NCBI GenBank assembly: GCA_041660165.1
Contig: JBAZWW010000004.1
Span: forward strand, 14,839-78,838
Direction: 5' to 3'
Length of the DNA stretch: 64,000 bases
Source: Patescibacteria group bacterium
GTDB lineage: Bacteria > Patescibacteriota > Patescibacteriia > UBA9934
Shown: in pieces, positions 29,346 to 38,682 of the stretch
How the letters are laid out: each line of letters opens with the position of its first letter
How positions within the stretch are numbered: position 1 is the stretch's first letter
Made by a program: the position numbers and the translations under genes
The notes under the pieces: model-generated
The model's database searches: none
What the model was told of the DNA's origin: nothing
The model's input: only the letters and a program-made list of their open reading frames with translations

Positions 29346-29771
29346 ATGAAAAAAATCGCCCTTGCCGTACTCACTGCTATCGCCATAGTCTCAATCGCCG
29401 GGAATTTTTACCTTGGCCATAAACTCACCGCCCTCGCAAAAAATGTTGCCCCTGTTGATGATTCCGCAAAAATCATTACCCAAGTAGGAAAACTTATTGA
29501 ACTCCCTGACGGGGAAACGCCGACAATCGCCAAAGTAGATGACCCTGAACAACTCAAAAAACAGGGACTTTTCCAAAAAGCACAAAAAGGCGATACCGTC
29601 CTTATTTACCCCACAGAAAAAAAAGCTATCCTCTATCGTTCTTCGGAAAATAAAATCATTGAAGTCACCAGCGTGAACGTTACTGAAACACTGCCCACAA
29701 AAACTCCCGCGCCTGCCCCAGCACCCGTTCCCGCTCCGGCCGTAGCACCAACCGTACCACCCACTCCGTAA
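29346..29771 (+). CDS. small membrane-anchored protein with a PA-rich C-terminus
   Basis: N-terminal transmembrane helix and a …TPAPAPAPVPAPAVAPTVPPTP tail; an RBS-like GAGGAGG lies upstream. Confidence 0.5.
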   Translation: MKKIALAVLTAIAIVSIAGNFYLGHKLTALAKNVAPVDDSAKIITQVGKLIELPDGETPTIAKVDDPEQLKKQGLFQKAQKGDTVLIYPTEKKAILYRSSENKIIEVTSVNVTETLPTKTPAPAPAPVPAPAVAPTVPPTP

Positions 29772-29799
29772 ATGAAGAAGTCGGGTCACACCAGGATGT

Positions 29800-30771
29800 A
29801 TGACGCGTGCCCTCCGCTCCATTTTTCTTACGCTATCCTTTATAGGGATTCTTCTTGGTGCACCCGTAGCAAATGCAGGCACTCTTTCATGTACCGTTGC
29901 CACAACATGTCCAACGGGCACCGTGGTTTATCGGCTCTATGACCCAAACGGTAACCACGCAGAGATGCCAAGCCAATCGCTCTATACTTATCTAGCGTGC
30001 TGTACAGGCGTGCCTGGTCTGGGAAATAGCTGTATCACCGGTACAAATGCGGTAGTAGTAAAACTTTCCGGAACAAGCAATGCGCACATAGAACAAAACG
30101 CCCAAGCAAACTACGCTAATGACGCCTGCTTGTCAGTTGATACAGGCGGAACGGTTATTGTTGGCTACCAACTAGTGAACTGTAGCGGTTTTGATACCAC
30201 CATCGGCTCTATGACCGCCGTTACCAATAGCCACGCTGGTGACGGAAGCGCCTATGCCATTAAAATTTGTGCCACCGCGCTCGCCCCGCAAACCTTAACC
30301 TTTGACGTTTCAGATGCCACCATTGGATTCGGAACCCTGTCCTCCGGAGCCGCTCGATATGCCACGGGAAACCTGGCCGGATCTGCGTCTGAGGTAGAAG
30401 CGCACACGCTCAGCGTCAGTTCAACGGCATCAAGCGGATACACGCTCACTGTAAGAGGAGACACGCTGGCGAATGGCGCAAAAACAATTACGGCAATTGG
30501 CGGAACAAACACCGGATCAAGCCCTGGCTCGGAACAATTCGGCTTACGATTTGTTCCCTCCGGCGGAAGCGGAACGGTGACAGCTCCATACGCAGCTGCG
30601 GGATTTGCCTTCAACGCCACCGGAACATCCACCGTTCAAATAGCCTCAACAACCGCTCCTGACACTACGCCAACCGTATTTTCCGCACGCTATCTTGCAA
30701 ATATTACCGCCGTAACAGAAGCGAGCGACTACTCCACAACACTTACCTACATAGCCACCGGAACGTTCTAA
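29800..30771 (+). CDS. secreted surface protein, paralog A (Cys-rich N-terminal region plus a shared 190-aa C-terminal beta-rich domain)
   Basis: Signal peptide. The C-terminal domain …LTFDVSDATIGFGTLSSG…AHTLSVSSTASSGYTLTV…TITAIGG…SEQFGLRF…TAPYAAAGFAF…YLANIT…YSTTLTYIATGTF is clearly homologous to the next gene's C-terminus. Confidence 0.6.
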   Translation: MTRALRSIFLTLSFIGILLGAPVANAGTLSCTVATTCPTGTVVYRLYDPNGNHAEMPSQSLYTYLACCTGVPGLGNSCITGTNAVVVKLSGTSNAHIEQNAQANYANDACLSVDTGGTVIVGYQLVNCSGFDTTIGSMTAVTNSHAGDGSAYAIKICATALAPQTLTFDVSDATIGFGTLSSGAARYATGNLAGSASEVEAHTLSVSSTASSGYTLTVRGDTLANGAKTITAIGGTNTGSSPGSEQFGLRFVPSGGSGTVTAPYAAAGFAFNATGTSTVQIASTTAPDTTPTVFSARYLANITAVTEASDYSTTLTYIATGTF

Positions 30772-30813
30772 TTTTTTGGTGGTATACTTGCACGCAGATA
30801 ATACTGTTTTGCT

Positions 30814-31935
30814 ATGGCAAGTACCCACAAACATTTTGTCCGTAAACTTTCACGATCGGCATTGAGCTTATTTTTTGGCGTTACCGCAATGATTGTTGGT
30901 CCGCTTCTACAGATCGGGGTTTTGACGCAATACGCCCACGCTGCAGGAATCTCTGTCGCGTCTGACACAATGACTAACCAGGCAACAAGCGCAACCTCAA
31001 CTCACACCCTTGTCTGGACAAGCAGTGGATCAAACGTTGCGAATGACACCATTGCCGTCGGCTTTGTCGTAGCTGATTTTACGTTCAATTTGGCGGGAGC
31101 GTGGCAAACAACTGATTTCACCCTTTCTGACGGATCACACGCAATACCAACCGCGCCATTAGCCGTTGGCGCAGCACCAGCCTGTACGGCCACAGATAAC
31201 TATACTGTTACTGTTGCCCCAGTCTCAAGCACGCTGACTATCACCTTCTGTTCTGGCTGGGTGAGCGGTACATCACCCACCACTTTCACCGTTTATGGTA
31301 CGGCGACCACTGGCGCAGGAACAGTCACGAACAACGCAAGTAACGTAGAATCGTCGATTATTTCCATTACATACGCATCAACTAACACCACGAGTGGTAA
31401 TGTGGCCGTTGCCATTGAACCAAACGCAGACGTGGTTATCACCGCTACCGTGAACTCCACACTCACCTTCAATGTGAGTGACAACACCATCGGATTCGGC
31501 GTGCTGAGTTCTACCGCCGCCGCGTACGCAAACGGAGCAGGAACCGGATCGGCTACACCGGTCACCGCGCATACGTTTGACGTTGCAACAAACGCCGGGA
31601 GCGGGTTCACTGTTACTATCAGCGGTCCAACACTAACATCCGGAGCAAATACCATCACCGCAATTGGTGGCTCAAACACCGCCTCGGCAACAGGCACTGA
31701 ACAATTCGGTGTTCGCTACACAGAAGCCGGCGGAACGGGTGCAACGGTAACCGCGCCATACGCAGCGGCCGGCTACGCGTATGACGGCATTGCCGCTCCT
31801 TCTCAGGTTGCGTCATCAACGGGCGCAACTGCCACAGCAACCTACGACGCCATTTACCTCGCAAACATTGCAGGAGCTACTGAGGCAGGCGCCTATTCAA
31901 CCACTATTAACTACGTTGCCACGGGGCACTTTTAG
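30814..31935 (+). CDS. secreted surface protein, paralog B (shares the C-terminal domain with 29800-30771)
   Basis: Signal peptide; …LTFNVSDNTIGFGVLSSTAAAYANG…AHTFDVATNAGSGFTVTI…TITAIGG…TEQFGVRY…TAPYAAAGYAY…YLANIA…YSTTINYVATGHF. Confidence 0.6.
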   Translation: MASTHKHFVRKLSRSALSLFFGVTAMIVGPLLQIGVLTQYAHAAGISVASDTMTNQATSATSTHTLVWTSSGSNVANDTIAVGFVVADFTFNLAGAWQTTDFTLSDGSHAIPTAPLAVGAAPACTATDNYTVTVAPVSSTLTITFCSGWVSGTSPTTFTVYGTATTGAGTVTNNASNVESSIISITYASTNTTSGNVAVAIEPNADVVITATVNSTLTFNVSDNTIGFGVLSSTAAAYANGAGTGSATPVTAHTFDVATNAGSGFTVTISGPTLTSGANTITAIGGSNTASATGTEQFGVRYTEAGGTGATVTAPYAAAGYAYDGIAAPSQVASSTGATATATYDAIYLANIAGATEAGAYSTTINYVATGHF

Positions 31936-31987
31936 AAAAAGGTCTATCGCACGGTTCCCCTAGACAGTCTGGGCGGTACTTGAGAAC

Positions 31988-32989
31988 ATGTACCCAGCTA
32001 TGAAGTACTCGTTTTTTAGTCTTCTTTTTGTGCTTTGCGGGGTCTTTTTTTGGACGAACCACGCTTCTGCACTTACCGTTTCTCCCGTCAAAATGGAGAT
32101 TGGCGGTGATCCTGGCCAAATTCTCACCGGAGATACGTATCTCGTGAATGAAGAAAATCACGAGATGACGTATTATTCTTCATTTGAAAAATTCGACGCT
32201 CAGGGAGAATCAGGCAATCCCGTCTTCTCACCCACCACGGAAGGACTCGCCACCTGGATGAGCATTCGGCCAAGCATCACTATCCAGCCCCACGCCCGCC
32301 TCACCGTCCCCTATCGCATCACCATTCCAAAAAACGCCCCGCCAGGCGGAAATTTTGCGGCCATTTTTTGGAATACGGTTCCGCCAAGCAATCTTGATTC
32401 CACCCAAGTAGCAATTGGGGCAAAAGTCGGCATCCTTGTTCTTCTTAGGGTATCCGGAGACATCACAGAAGGAGGAACGCTTTTATCGTTCGGTATTGAA
32501 AACGGCCAAACTTTTTTCACTACTCCGCCCGTTGGCCTCTGGTATCGTTTCAATAATAACGGGGAAGACCGCGTCAAACCTTCGGGAACCATAACCATCA
32601 AGAATACGTTCGGCATGAAGTCTGCTCAATTCAACGCGAATCCCACAGATGGCAACGTGCTCCCCGGGAGTATTCGCCGGCTAACCACGGCTTGGAATGA
32701 TAAAGACGCTTGGGGGAATGATATACAACCGCCGGAACAAAAAAACTTTGGGACGCTTGCCCTCTATGAGCTCAAACATTTCCATCTTGGCCGATTTTCC
32801 GCCAGTCTTCATCTTGAATACGGCACTGCAGGAAAAACAGTGGACGCCAAAGTCTCATTCTTCATGATTCCCTGGCACGCCCTCGTCATCATTATCCCGG
32901 CTCTCATCATCCTCATGATCCTTGGTATAATCTCTATCAAACGGTACAACCGTTGGATTATCGCAAGGGCCAATGCGTCGCGGTCATAA
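31988..32989 (+). CDS. cell-surface protein with N-terminal signal and C-terminal TM anchor (DUF916/DUF3324-like architecture, tentative)
   Basis: 333 aa with signal peptide …WTNHASALTVSPVKMEI…, a beta-rich ectodomain and a C-terminal hydrophobic helix followed by basic residues (…IIIPALIILMILGIISIKRYNRW). Confidence 0.5.
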   Translation: MYPAMKYSFFSLLFVLCGVFFWTNHASALTVSPVKMEIGGDPGQILTGDTYLVNEENHEMTYYSSFEKFDAQGESGNPVFSPTTEGLATWMSIRPSITIQPHARLTVPYRITIPKNAPPGGNFAAIFWNTVPPSNLDSTQVAIGAKVGILVLLRVSGDITEGGTLLSFGIENGQTFFTTPPVGLWYRFNNNGEDRVKPSGTITIKNTFGMKSAQFNANPTDGNVLPGSIRRLTTAWNDKDAWGNDIQPPEQKNFGTLALYELKHFHLGRFSASLHLEYGTAGKTVDAKVSFFMIPWHALVIIIPALIILMILGIISIKRYNRWIIARANASRS

Positions 32990-34031
32990 AAATCATGGAG
33001 CATTTTTCGTTCTCTCTCTTGGCGCGCTTCTCCTGGCGGCGGGTGTTTGGCATTTTGTCGAGCTCTCCCGCGCATCAATTTCCAACACGGTAACAATCAC
33101 CGCCACCGTTCTTGGCTGTGGAGATGGCATTATTCAACCAGGCGAAGCTTGCGACGGCGCAAACATGAACAGCCGGACGTGCATTACTGAGGGATTTACT
33201 GGCGGAACGATAAGTTGCCAGGCTAACTGCACGCTACAAACGTCTGCCTGCACCGGCGGAACGCCAAGAAGTGGAAATGTTGGTGCAATCGGCTCTGTTT
33301 CTTCGTCAAGCGAAACCTTCCTGGGGCTCGCCTATCCCAACAGCTCAGTCGCTATCCTCAAAGACGGCCAGCTGGTGGCGACCGTTGAAACGGATGCGAG
33401 CGGAGGCTTTAGCTCAAAAATCACAAACCTTTCTATCGGTACTTTTGCGTTCGGTTTTGTAGCCACGGATACGCTCGGCAATCACTCAGCGCTTACAACC
33501 GTTGAGATTACCGCCAGCGGGAGCTCAACCACTACCCGTGACATTTTCCTTTCGCCAACCATCGCTCCCATCGGTTTTTTTGTCTCATCAAGTGCCGTCG
33601 TAGCAGTCACGGGGTCAAGCGCACCTGACGCAGACGTCAGGCTTTCAATTACATCAGTCTCCGGCGATGTTATCCTCACGCGCCATGCCCAAGCCGATGC
33701 GAATGGCGAATATTCCATACAGCTCGCTCCGAACGCCCTTCCTGCGGGGTCATATACCGTCACCGCGACTGCCACACTCGGCGGACTCACAAGCACGCGC
33801 AGTTTGCCGGCCTCTTTCGCCATCGGCGCCCCCAACGCACCCCTCTCATATCTAAAAGGCGACTATAACGAAGATGGCCAGGTAAACCTGGTGGACTTCT
33901 CTATCGCGCTTTACTGGTACAAACAACCGCTCAGCCCGGCTTTCAAGGTACTTGAACTACACCATGGCAACGGCGATGGAATACTCGACCTGGTTGATAT
34001 CAGCATTCTTGCGTATTTCTGGACCGGCTAA
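32973..34031 (+). CDS. membrane-anchored protein with Cys-rich module, Ig-like repeats and a C-terminal dockerin-like pair of Ca-binding repeats
   Basis: The C-terminus GDYNEDGQVNLVDFSIALYW…GNGDGILDLVDISILAYFW matches the duplicated dockerin EF-hand-like segment (DxNxDGxxxxxD). The N-terminus has a transmembrane helix and a CGDGIIQPGEACDG Cys-rich motif. Confidence 0.6.
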   Translation: MRRGHKNHGAFFVLSLGALLLAAGVWHFVELSRASISNTVTITATVLGCGDGIIQPGEACDGANMNSRTCITEGFTGGTISCQANCTLQTSACTGGTPRSGNVGAIGSVSSSSETFLGLAYPNSSVAILKDGQLVATVETDASGGFSSKITNLSIGTFAFGFVATDTLGNHSALTTVEITASGSSTTTRDIFLSPTIAPIGFFVSSSAVVAVTGSSAPDADVRLSITSVSGDVILTRHAQADANGEYSIQLAPNALPAGSYTVTATATLGGLTSTRSLPASFAIGAPNAPLSYLKGDYNEDGQVNLVDFSIALYWYKQPLSPAFKVLELHHGNGDGILDLVDISILAYFWTG

Positions 34032-34034
34032 TCT

Positions 34035-34925
34035 ATGTTCATCCTTGCCAAAAGAATGTCCGTCCTTATTCTCTCCTTCCTCATGCTTATTCCGCGAGCA
34101 CTTTTTGCGGCGCAAGTGACCGTTCTCCCCCAACAAACCGCGGTTATTCAAACCGCCGAATTCCAGACAAACATCACCGTGGACACCGGGGGCGAATCCA
34201 TCAACACCTTCGCCGGAACGATTACGTATCCGGAAAATATCATCGCCCTCAAAGAAATTCACAGTGGCAACTCAATCGTCAACTATTGGGTCGAGGCGCC
34301 AAAAAATGCCAACAACAAGATCACCTTTTCAGGCATCACGCCCGGCGGATATGTTGGCAATCATGGGTTTCTTTTCTCGCTTGTCTTTACAGCCGTCAAA
34401 CAAGGCAACGGATCTATCGCGATCAGCAATCCGCTCTTCCTCAAAAATGACGGGCTGGGAACTTCGGCTAGAATCGCTATCTCGAACTCGAGCATCAGCG
34501 TGCTACCGCCGGATCAACGGCGAAACATTGTCATCCCTCCGCTTCAAGACGCCACCCCACCGGAACCGTTCCGGCCGGAAATCTCGAAAACGCCGGTCCT
34601 GTTTAATGATTCATGGACTCTCTTCTTTGGAGCGGAAGATAAGGGATCTGGTATTGATCATTACGAGGTCCAAGAATACTCGCCGGGAATTTTCAGTTTC
34701 TTCTCGCCGTGGATTCGCACAACGAGTCCATATCTCATCAGAGATCAATCACTTGAGAAAGCCGCGGCCGTCAGAGCGGTTGATAAAGCGGGGAACATTC
34801 GTACGGCCCATGTCCTTCCGCGCAACGCGCCCGCCTGGTATGCCAATCTCACGAACTGGTTCCTCTTGGCGAGCGGACTGGCAATCCTCGCGGTGCTTAA
34901 AACCTTTCTATGGCGAAAACGATAA
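34035..34925 (+). CDS. cohesin-like domain surface protein with C-terminal TM anchor
   Basis: Signal peptide and a beta-sandwich segment …QVTVLPQQTAVIQTAEFQTNITVDTGGESINTFAGTITYPENIIALKEI…NGSIAISNPLFL… resembling a type-I cohesin; C-terminal transmembrane helix. Confidence 0.5.
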   Translation: MFILAKRMSVLILSFLMLIPRALFAAQVTVLPQQTAVIQTAEFQTNITVDTGGESINTFAGTITYPENIIALKEIHSGNSIVNYWVEAPKNANNKITFSGITPGGYVGNHGFLFSLVFTAVKQGNGSIAISNPLFLKNDGLGTSARIAISNSSISVLPPDQRRNIVIPPLQDATPPEPFRPEISKTPVLFNDSWTLFFGAEDKGSGIDHYEVQEYSPGIFSFFSPWIRTTSPYLIRDQSLEKAAAVRAVDKAGNIRTAHVLPRNAPAWYANLTNWFLLASGLAILAVLKTFLWRKR

Positions 34926-35857
34926 AACACCTGGCATTCAGCCTCACCGCAGTATTCTTTTTTGCAGTCGGCGCTCTGCCGAACGTGAGCCAGGCGGCCA
35001 GCCTTTCTTTCTCCCCCGCCTCCGCCGTAACCACAGTTGGTACGCCGTTCACCGTAACCGTTCTGCTCTCAACTGAGGGTGTGGTGGCAAATGCTGTTGA
35101 CACAGTGCTCTCATTCCCCACAGATAAACTCACCGTCAGCAAAATCTCCCCAGAAAATTCCATTCTCTCTTTGTGGGTGCAAGAACCAAGCTACTCAAAT
35201 ACCGCCGGCACCATCACCTTCACAGGCGGAACGCCAAGGCCCGGTTTTAACGGCGCGTCCCTAGTACTCGCCACCATCACTTTCGTTCCAAAAATGACCG
35301 GAACATCCATCATAACCATCACAAATGGCTCTGTCCTCTCTGGGGATGGATTGGGGACGGAATTACTAAAAAGCTTCAACGGAACGTCTGCCACGTTCAC
35401 CACGAACCCGACTCCCCCATCGGCGCCTGCTCCCGCTCCAACGCCGGCAGGTACGTCGCCAAACCCCTCCGTCGTGCCCACAGCCACTTCTGGCGTGCCC
35501 GCAATACCCGCACCAGCCACTCCAGAATCACCCCCGTCCGCTAATTCACCCAGCACGCCTCCGGAAATCCCCACCAGGCCAGCCGTCTCTCCGGCACCTG
35601 TCACCCCCCAAACGGTCAGCAAAGAACAGCCAGCCCTGCGATGTCCTACCGTCCCCGCTCAAACGCTCCCTGTTCGTCTTCTCAGAACCTGGCCGATTGA
35701 TCTCCTCATCTTCCTCACCGGCATCATTATTGGGTTTCTTATGCGAGAAATCATTCTCCTGGCGAAACGGCCAAAGACTCCGCCAAACAAACCTAGCGCG
35801 AAGACCCGTAGTACCCCCGTTCCTCCACCGGTAACATCCCCGCAATCTTTGCCATAA
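34910..35857 (+). CDS. cohesin-like domain surface protein with Pro/Thr/Ser-rich linker and C-terminal TM anchor
   Basis: Signal peptide; …SLSFSPASAVTTVGTPFTVTVLLSTEGVVANAVDTVLSFPTDKLTVSKISPEN…ATITFVPKMTGTSIITITNGSVL… cohesin-like fold signature; PS/PT-rich linker; transmembrane helix. Confidence 0.5.
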   Translation: MAKTIKHLAFSLTAVFFFAVGALPNVSQAASLSFSPASAVTTVGTPFTVTVLLSTEGVVANAVDTVLSFPTDKLTVSKISPENSILSLWVQEPSYSNTAGTITFTGGTPRPGFNGASLVLATITFVPKMTGTSIITITNGSVLSGDGLGTELLKSFNGTSATFTTNPTPPSAPAPAPTPAGTSPNPSVVPTATSGVPAIPAPATPESPPSANSPSTPPEIPTRPAVSPAPVTPQTVSKEQPALRCPTVPAQTLPVRLLRTWPIDLLIFLTGIIIGFLMREIILLAKRPKTPPNKPSAKTRSTPVPPPVTSPQSLP

Positions 35858-36773
35858 CGGTGTGGACTGAATCGCCTTGGCCGAGCGTTAAAGACTCGCC
35901 GATTTGTACACGTTTGTCAGAAATCGCGATTGGCACAATGGGCGCGTCCTCACCAGTGAGACGCCTGTATTCATTGTTCACTATTTCAATCCCCGGATAC
36001 GCTTTGCGTAAAACTGGCCCCTCATACGTCCACAAACCCTCGGGGAACATAGCAACAGCATCTCCGCGGGCCAGCAAGGCCGCGCTCTCCCTAGCAAATT
36101 TTCGGACAGAACCCAGATCAACAGGGCGATCAATGACCGTCTGATAATACTTGGCCACGTGCTTCGGTTTTTTTGGTACTCGGGTCATGAGCTCAGCCTG
36201 TTCTTCAGCAGTCAGATTGCCGAGCGAGCTTTTGACCTCAAATACACCAATCTTTTTCAAAAACCAAGTTATAGCCGGGTTAATCTGAAAATGCATATCA
36301 GCAGCGGCAAAATCAAGCGGACGCCTGGCCACAGCAGCCAGCGTAAACTGATCGCTATCGCGCGTGTGGTTTGACACGAGGAGACATGGGCCGTGGCGCG
36401 GAATATTCTCCCGCCCCTCCACCTTGCGCCCCTCAATCATAAATAACGCCTCGCCCACTAACGCCATAACTGGCGTGGCCAACGCTCGAACATTATTCGC
36501 CCGGCGCAAATGTACGGGCAGATTCCTCTCAAGATATTCGTACACCTTATTCGGCCTAACAGCTACCGAGAATTCGCCCTCAATGCTTTTGGCTATCTGC
36601 TCAGTTTGCTTGCGCTTTTCTTTAGCCGAATCTTCCGCCTCAACGGGTGCACCCGTCTCAATGACCGCTGGTTCGATCATATCTCGTTCAACCGAGTGAA
36701 CAGGCAACACTTCCCGCTCGGCTGGCCGAGTGAATTCCGGGCGTGAATCAATCGGCTTGCCCGGCTTATCCAT
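35793..36773 (-). CDS. plsC: 1-acyl-sn-glycerol-3-phosphate acyltransferase family protein
   Basis: HX4D acyltransferase motif (VSNHTRDSD) and a …FPEG… motif. The start is placed at the internal Met to avoid a long N-terminal extension. The 3' end overlaps the convergent gene by about 65 nt. Confidence 0.75.
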   Translation of the reverse strand: MDKPGKPIDSRPEFTRPAEREVLPVHSVERDMIEPAVIETGAPVEAEDSAKEKRKQTEQIAKSIEGEFSVAVRPNKVYEYLERNLPVHLRRANNVRALATPVMALVGEALFMIEGRKVEGRENIPRHGPCLLVSNHTRDSDQFTLAAVARRPLDFAAADMHFQINPAITWFLKKIGVFEVKSSLGNLTAEEQAELMTRVPKKPKHVAKYYQTVIDRPVDLGSVRKFARESAALLARGDAVAMFPEGLWTYEGPVLRKAYPGIEIVNNEYRRLTGEDAPIVPIAISDKRVQIGESLTLGQGDSVHTVMAKIAGMLPVEERGYYGSSR

Positions 36774-36777
36774 AAGT

Positions 36778-37704
36778 TTAATGCCCCGCCAGATATCTCT
36801 CCGCCTCAAGCGCCGACATACAGCCAGTCCCCGCCGCCGTAATCGCTTGACGGAAGTACGGATCCATCACGTCCCCGCAGGCAAATACGCCAGGAATATT
36901 TGTTTTCGTGCTTTTGCCTTCGGTAACAATGTAGCCCTTTTGGTCGAGTGTTACCGAACCCGCAAATAACTCAGTATTCGGCTTGTGACCGATAGCGACA
37001 AACAAGCCTTGCGTCAAAAACTCGCTCGTCTCCCCCGTCTTCGTGTTCTTGAGTTTTAGCGCTCGAATACTTGTCTCACCGAGCACCTCTTCAACCGCCG
37101 TGTCCATGAGGAAGCTAATTTTCGGGTTGCTCTTGGCGCGATCAAGCATGATTTTAGAAGCTCGAAAGGCATCGCTCCGGTGGATCACTGTTACTTTCGA
37201 AGCAAACCTCGTCAGGAACGTCGCCTCTTCCATGGCACTGTCTCCCCCGCCAACCACCACGATCTCTTTCCCTCGAAAAAAGAATCCATCACACGTGGCA
37301 CAAGCGGAAACACCTTTGCCCTGTAGTTCCTTCTCGCCAGGGCATCCAATCCACTTGGCACTGGCACCTGTTGAAATAATAATCGCATCCGCCGTCAGCT
37401 CTTTACCGTTCTCACTCATCACCCGGTACGGCTTCTGCGAGAAATCAACCTTCGTCACCACGTCTTGCAACACCTCAGTACCGAATCGCTCGGCCTGCTT
37501 CTTCAGCTTCTCCATGAGCTCAGGACCGAGTACGCCGGTAGGTTCGCCGGGCCAGTTTTCGACGTCGCTTGTCAGCATGAGCTGGCCTCCTGGCTCTCGC
37601 CCCGCAAACAACACCGGCTTGAGCATCGCTCTGGCTGCGTAAATGGCGGCCGTGTAACCAGCCGGTCCGGAACCAATGATGACGAGGTTGTAATGTGTGG
37701 ACAT
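36778..37704 (-). CDS. trxB: thioredoxin reductase
   Basis: FAD motif GSGPAGYTAA, redox-active CATCDG, NADPH motif GGGDSA; 308 aa. Confidence 0.9.
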   Translation of the reverse strand: MSTHYNLVIIGSGPAGYTAAIYAARAMLKPVLFAGREPGGQLMLTSDVENWPGEPTGVLGPELMEKLKKQAERFGTEVLQDVVTKVDFSQKPYRVMSENGKELTADAIIISTGASAKWIGCPGEKELQGKGVSACATCDGFFFRGKEIVVVGGGDSAMEEATFLTRFASKVTVIHRSDAFRASKIMLDRAKSNPKISFLMDTAVEEVLGETSIRALKLKNTKTGETSEFLTQGLFVAIGHKPNTELFAGSVTLDQKGYIVTEGKSTKTNIPGVFACGDVMDPYFRQAITAAGTGCMSALEAERYLAGH

Positions 37705-37764
37705 ATATATGTTGACAAGTACTAGAAATATGTTACTCTATCAGCAGATCACCAATGGAAAAGA

Positions 37765-38292
37765 TCACCCTTCAAGGTTCCGTCCTTGCGGGGCCTTTTC
37801 TTTTTTATGGGCCAATTTACTCTCAAGGTCATTCATAAAACGCAAATACGGTTTAATTTCAGGATACTTTAACAAACCGGAAAACTTCCACCGGTTAGGG
37901 ACCATCATAGCAGCCAATTTCTTTTTTCCAATAAAATAGTTCGCTAAGCAGTAAAAATCACCGTCACCGGAGACAATAATGGCTTGATCATAATTTTCGT
38001 ATTCGATCATTGCCTGTAAAACCAATTCGGCATCACAATTCCCCTTAGTCGTGCCATCCTTATACGTTAAAGTTGGTTTAAAAATACAAATAAAACCTGC
38101 CTGTTGTAACGAATTATAAAGTTTCGTATTCCCCGGTAAATAGCCTAAAAATACATAGGCCTCTTTGACAGCATATTTCTCGGCCAAATATACTCGAAAT
38201 TTCCGAAAACTTAAAAACCATCCCAACGAACGGATCGCGAGGTTCAAATTCTGACTATCTATAAGCGCGTAATTCTTCTGCGGGGCAATCAT
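37765..38292 (-). CDS. NYN (LabA-like) ribonuclease-domain protein
   Basis: …YALIDSQNLN…DAELVLQAM…IVSGDGDF… NYN/PIN-like signature. The gene lies in a markedly AT-rich patch between trxB and trxA. Confidence 0.7.
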   Translation of the reverse strand: MIAPQKNYALIDSQNLNLAIRSLGWFLSFRKFRVYLAEKYAVKEAYVFLGYLPGNTKLYNSLQQAGFICIFKPTLTYKDGTTKGNCDAELVLQAMIEYENYDQAIIVSGDGDFYCLANYFIGKKKLAAMMVPNRWKFSGLLKYPEIKPYLRFMNDLESKLAHKKEKAPQGRNLEG

Positions 38293-38315
38293 ATTTCTAT
38301 CCGTCGAAGTCTAGC

Positions 38316-38345
38316 ACGGGACCATAAAACAAAAAATCCCCTTCC
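38316..38345 (-). terminator. intrinsic terminator after trxA
   Basis: On the minus strand, a gtccccggaaggggat hairpin is followed by TTTTTGTTTTA. Confidence 0.55.
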
Positions 38346-38360
38346 GGGGACTTCTTGTGG

Positions 38361-38672
38361 TTAACCCGTAATCTGTTTCACCCTCTCCTTAAACGTCTCT
38401 TTGCTCATGGCGCCGGAGAACCTGCCTACCTCGCTCCCGCCTTTCATGACTACAAATGTGGGAATCGAGAGAACGTTGAATCTCATCGCCAGCTCGGAAT
38501 TGTCATCGACGTTCACCTTGGCGAATGACACGTCAGACATCTCGTTTCCGAGTTCCTCAATCAAAGGCCCCATCACCTTGCACGGTCCGCACCACACGGC
38601 CCAGAAGTCTACCACCACGGGGGTAGTTGACTGGGTGATTTGAGAGTCAAAGTTTGCTGTTGTTAAATCCAT
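38361..38672 (-). CDS. trxA: thioredoxin
   Basis: WCGPC active site (…DFWAVWCGPCKVMGP…); start at the internal Met (MDLTTANFD…). Confidence 0.85.
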   Translation of the reverse strand: MDLTTANFDSQITQSTTPVVVDFWAVWCGPCKVMGPLIEELGNEMSDVSFAKVNVDDNSELAMRFNVLSIPTFVVMKGGSEVGRFSGAMSKETFKERVKQITG

Positions 38673-38682
38673 AATAAATTCT

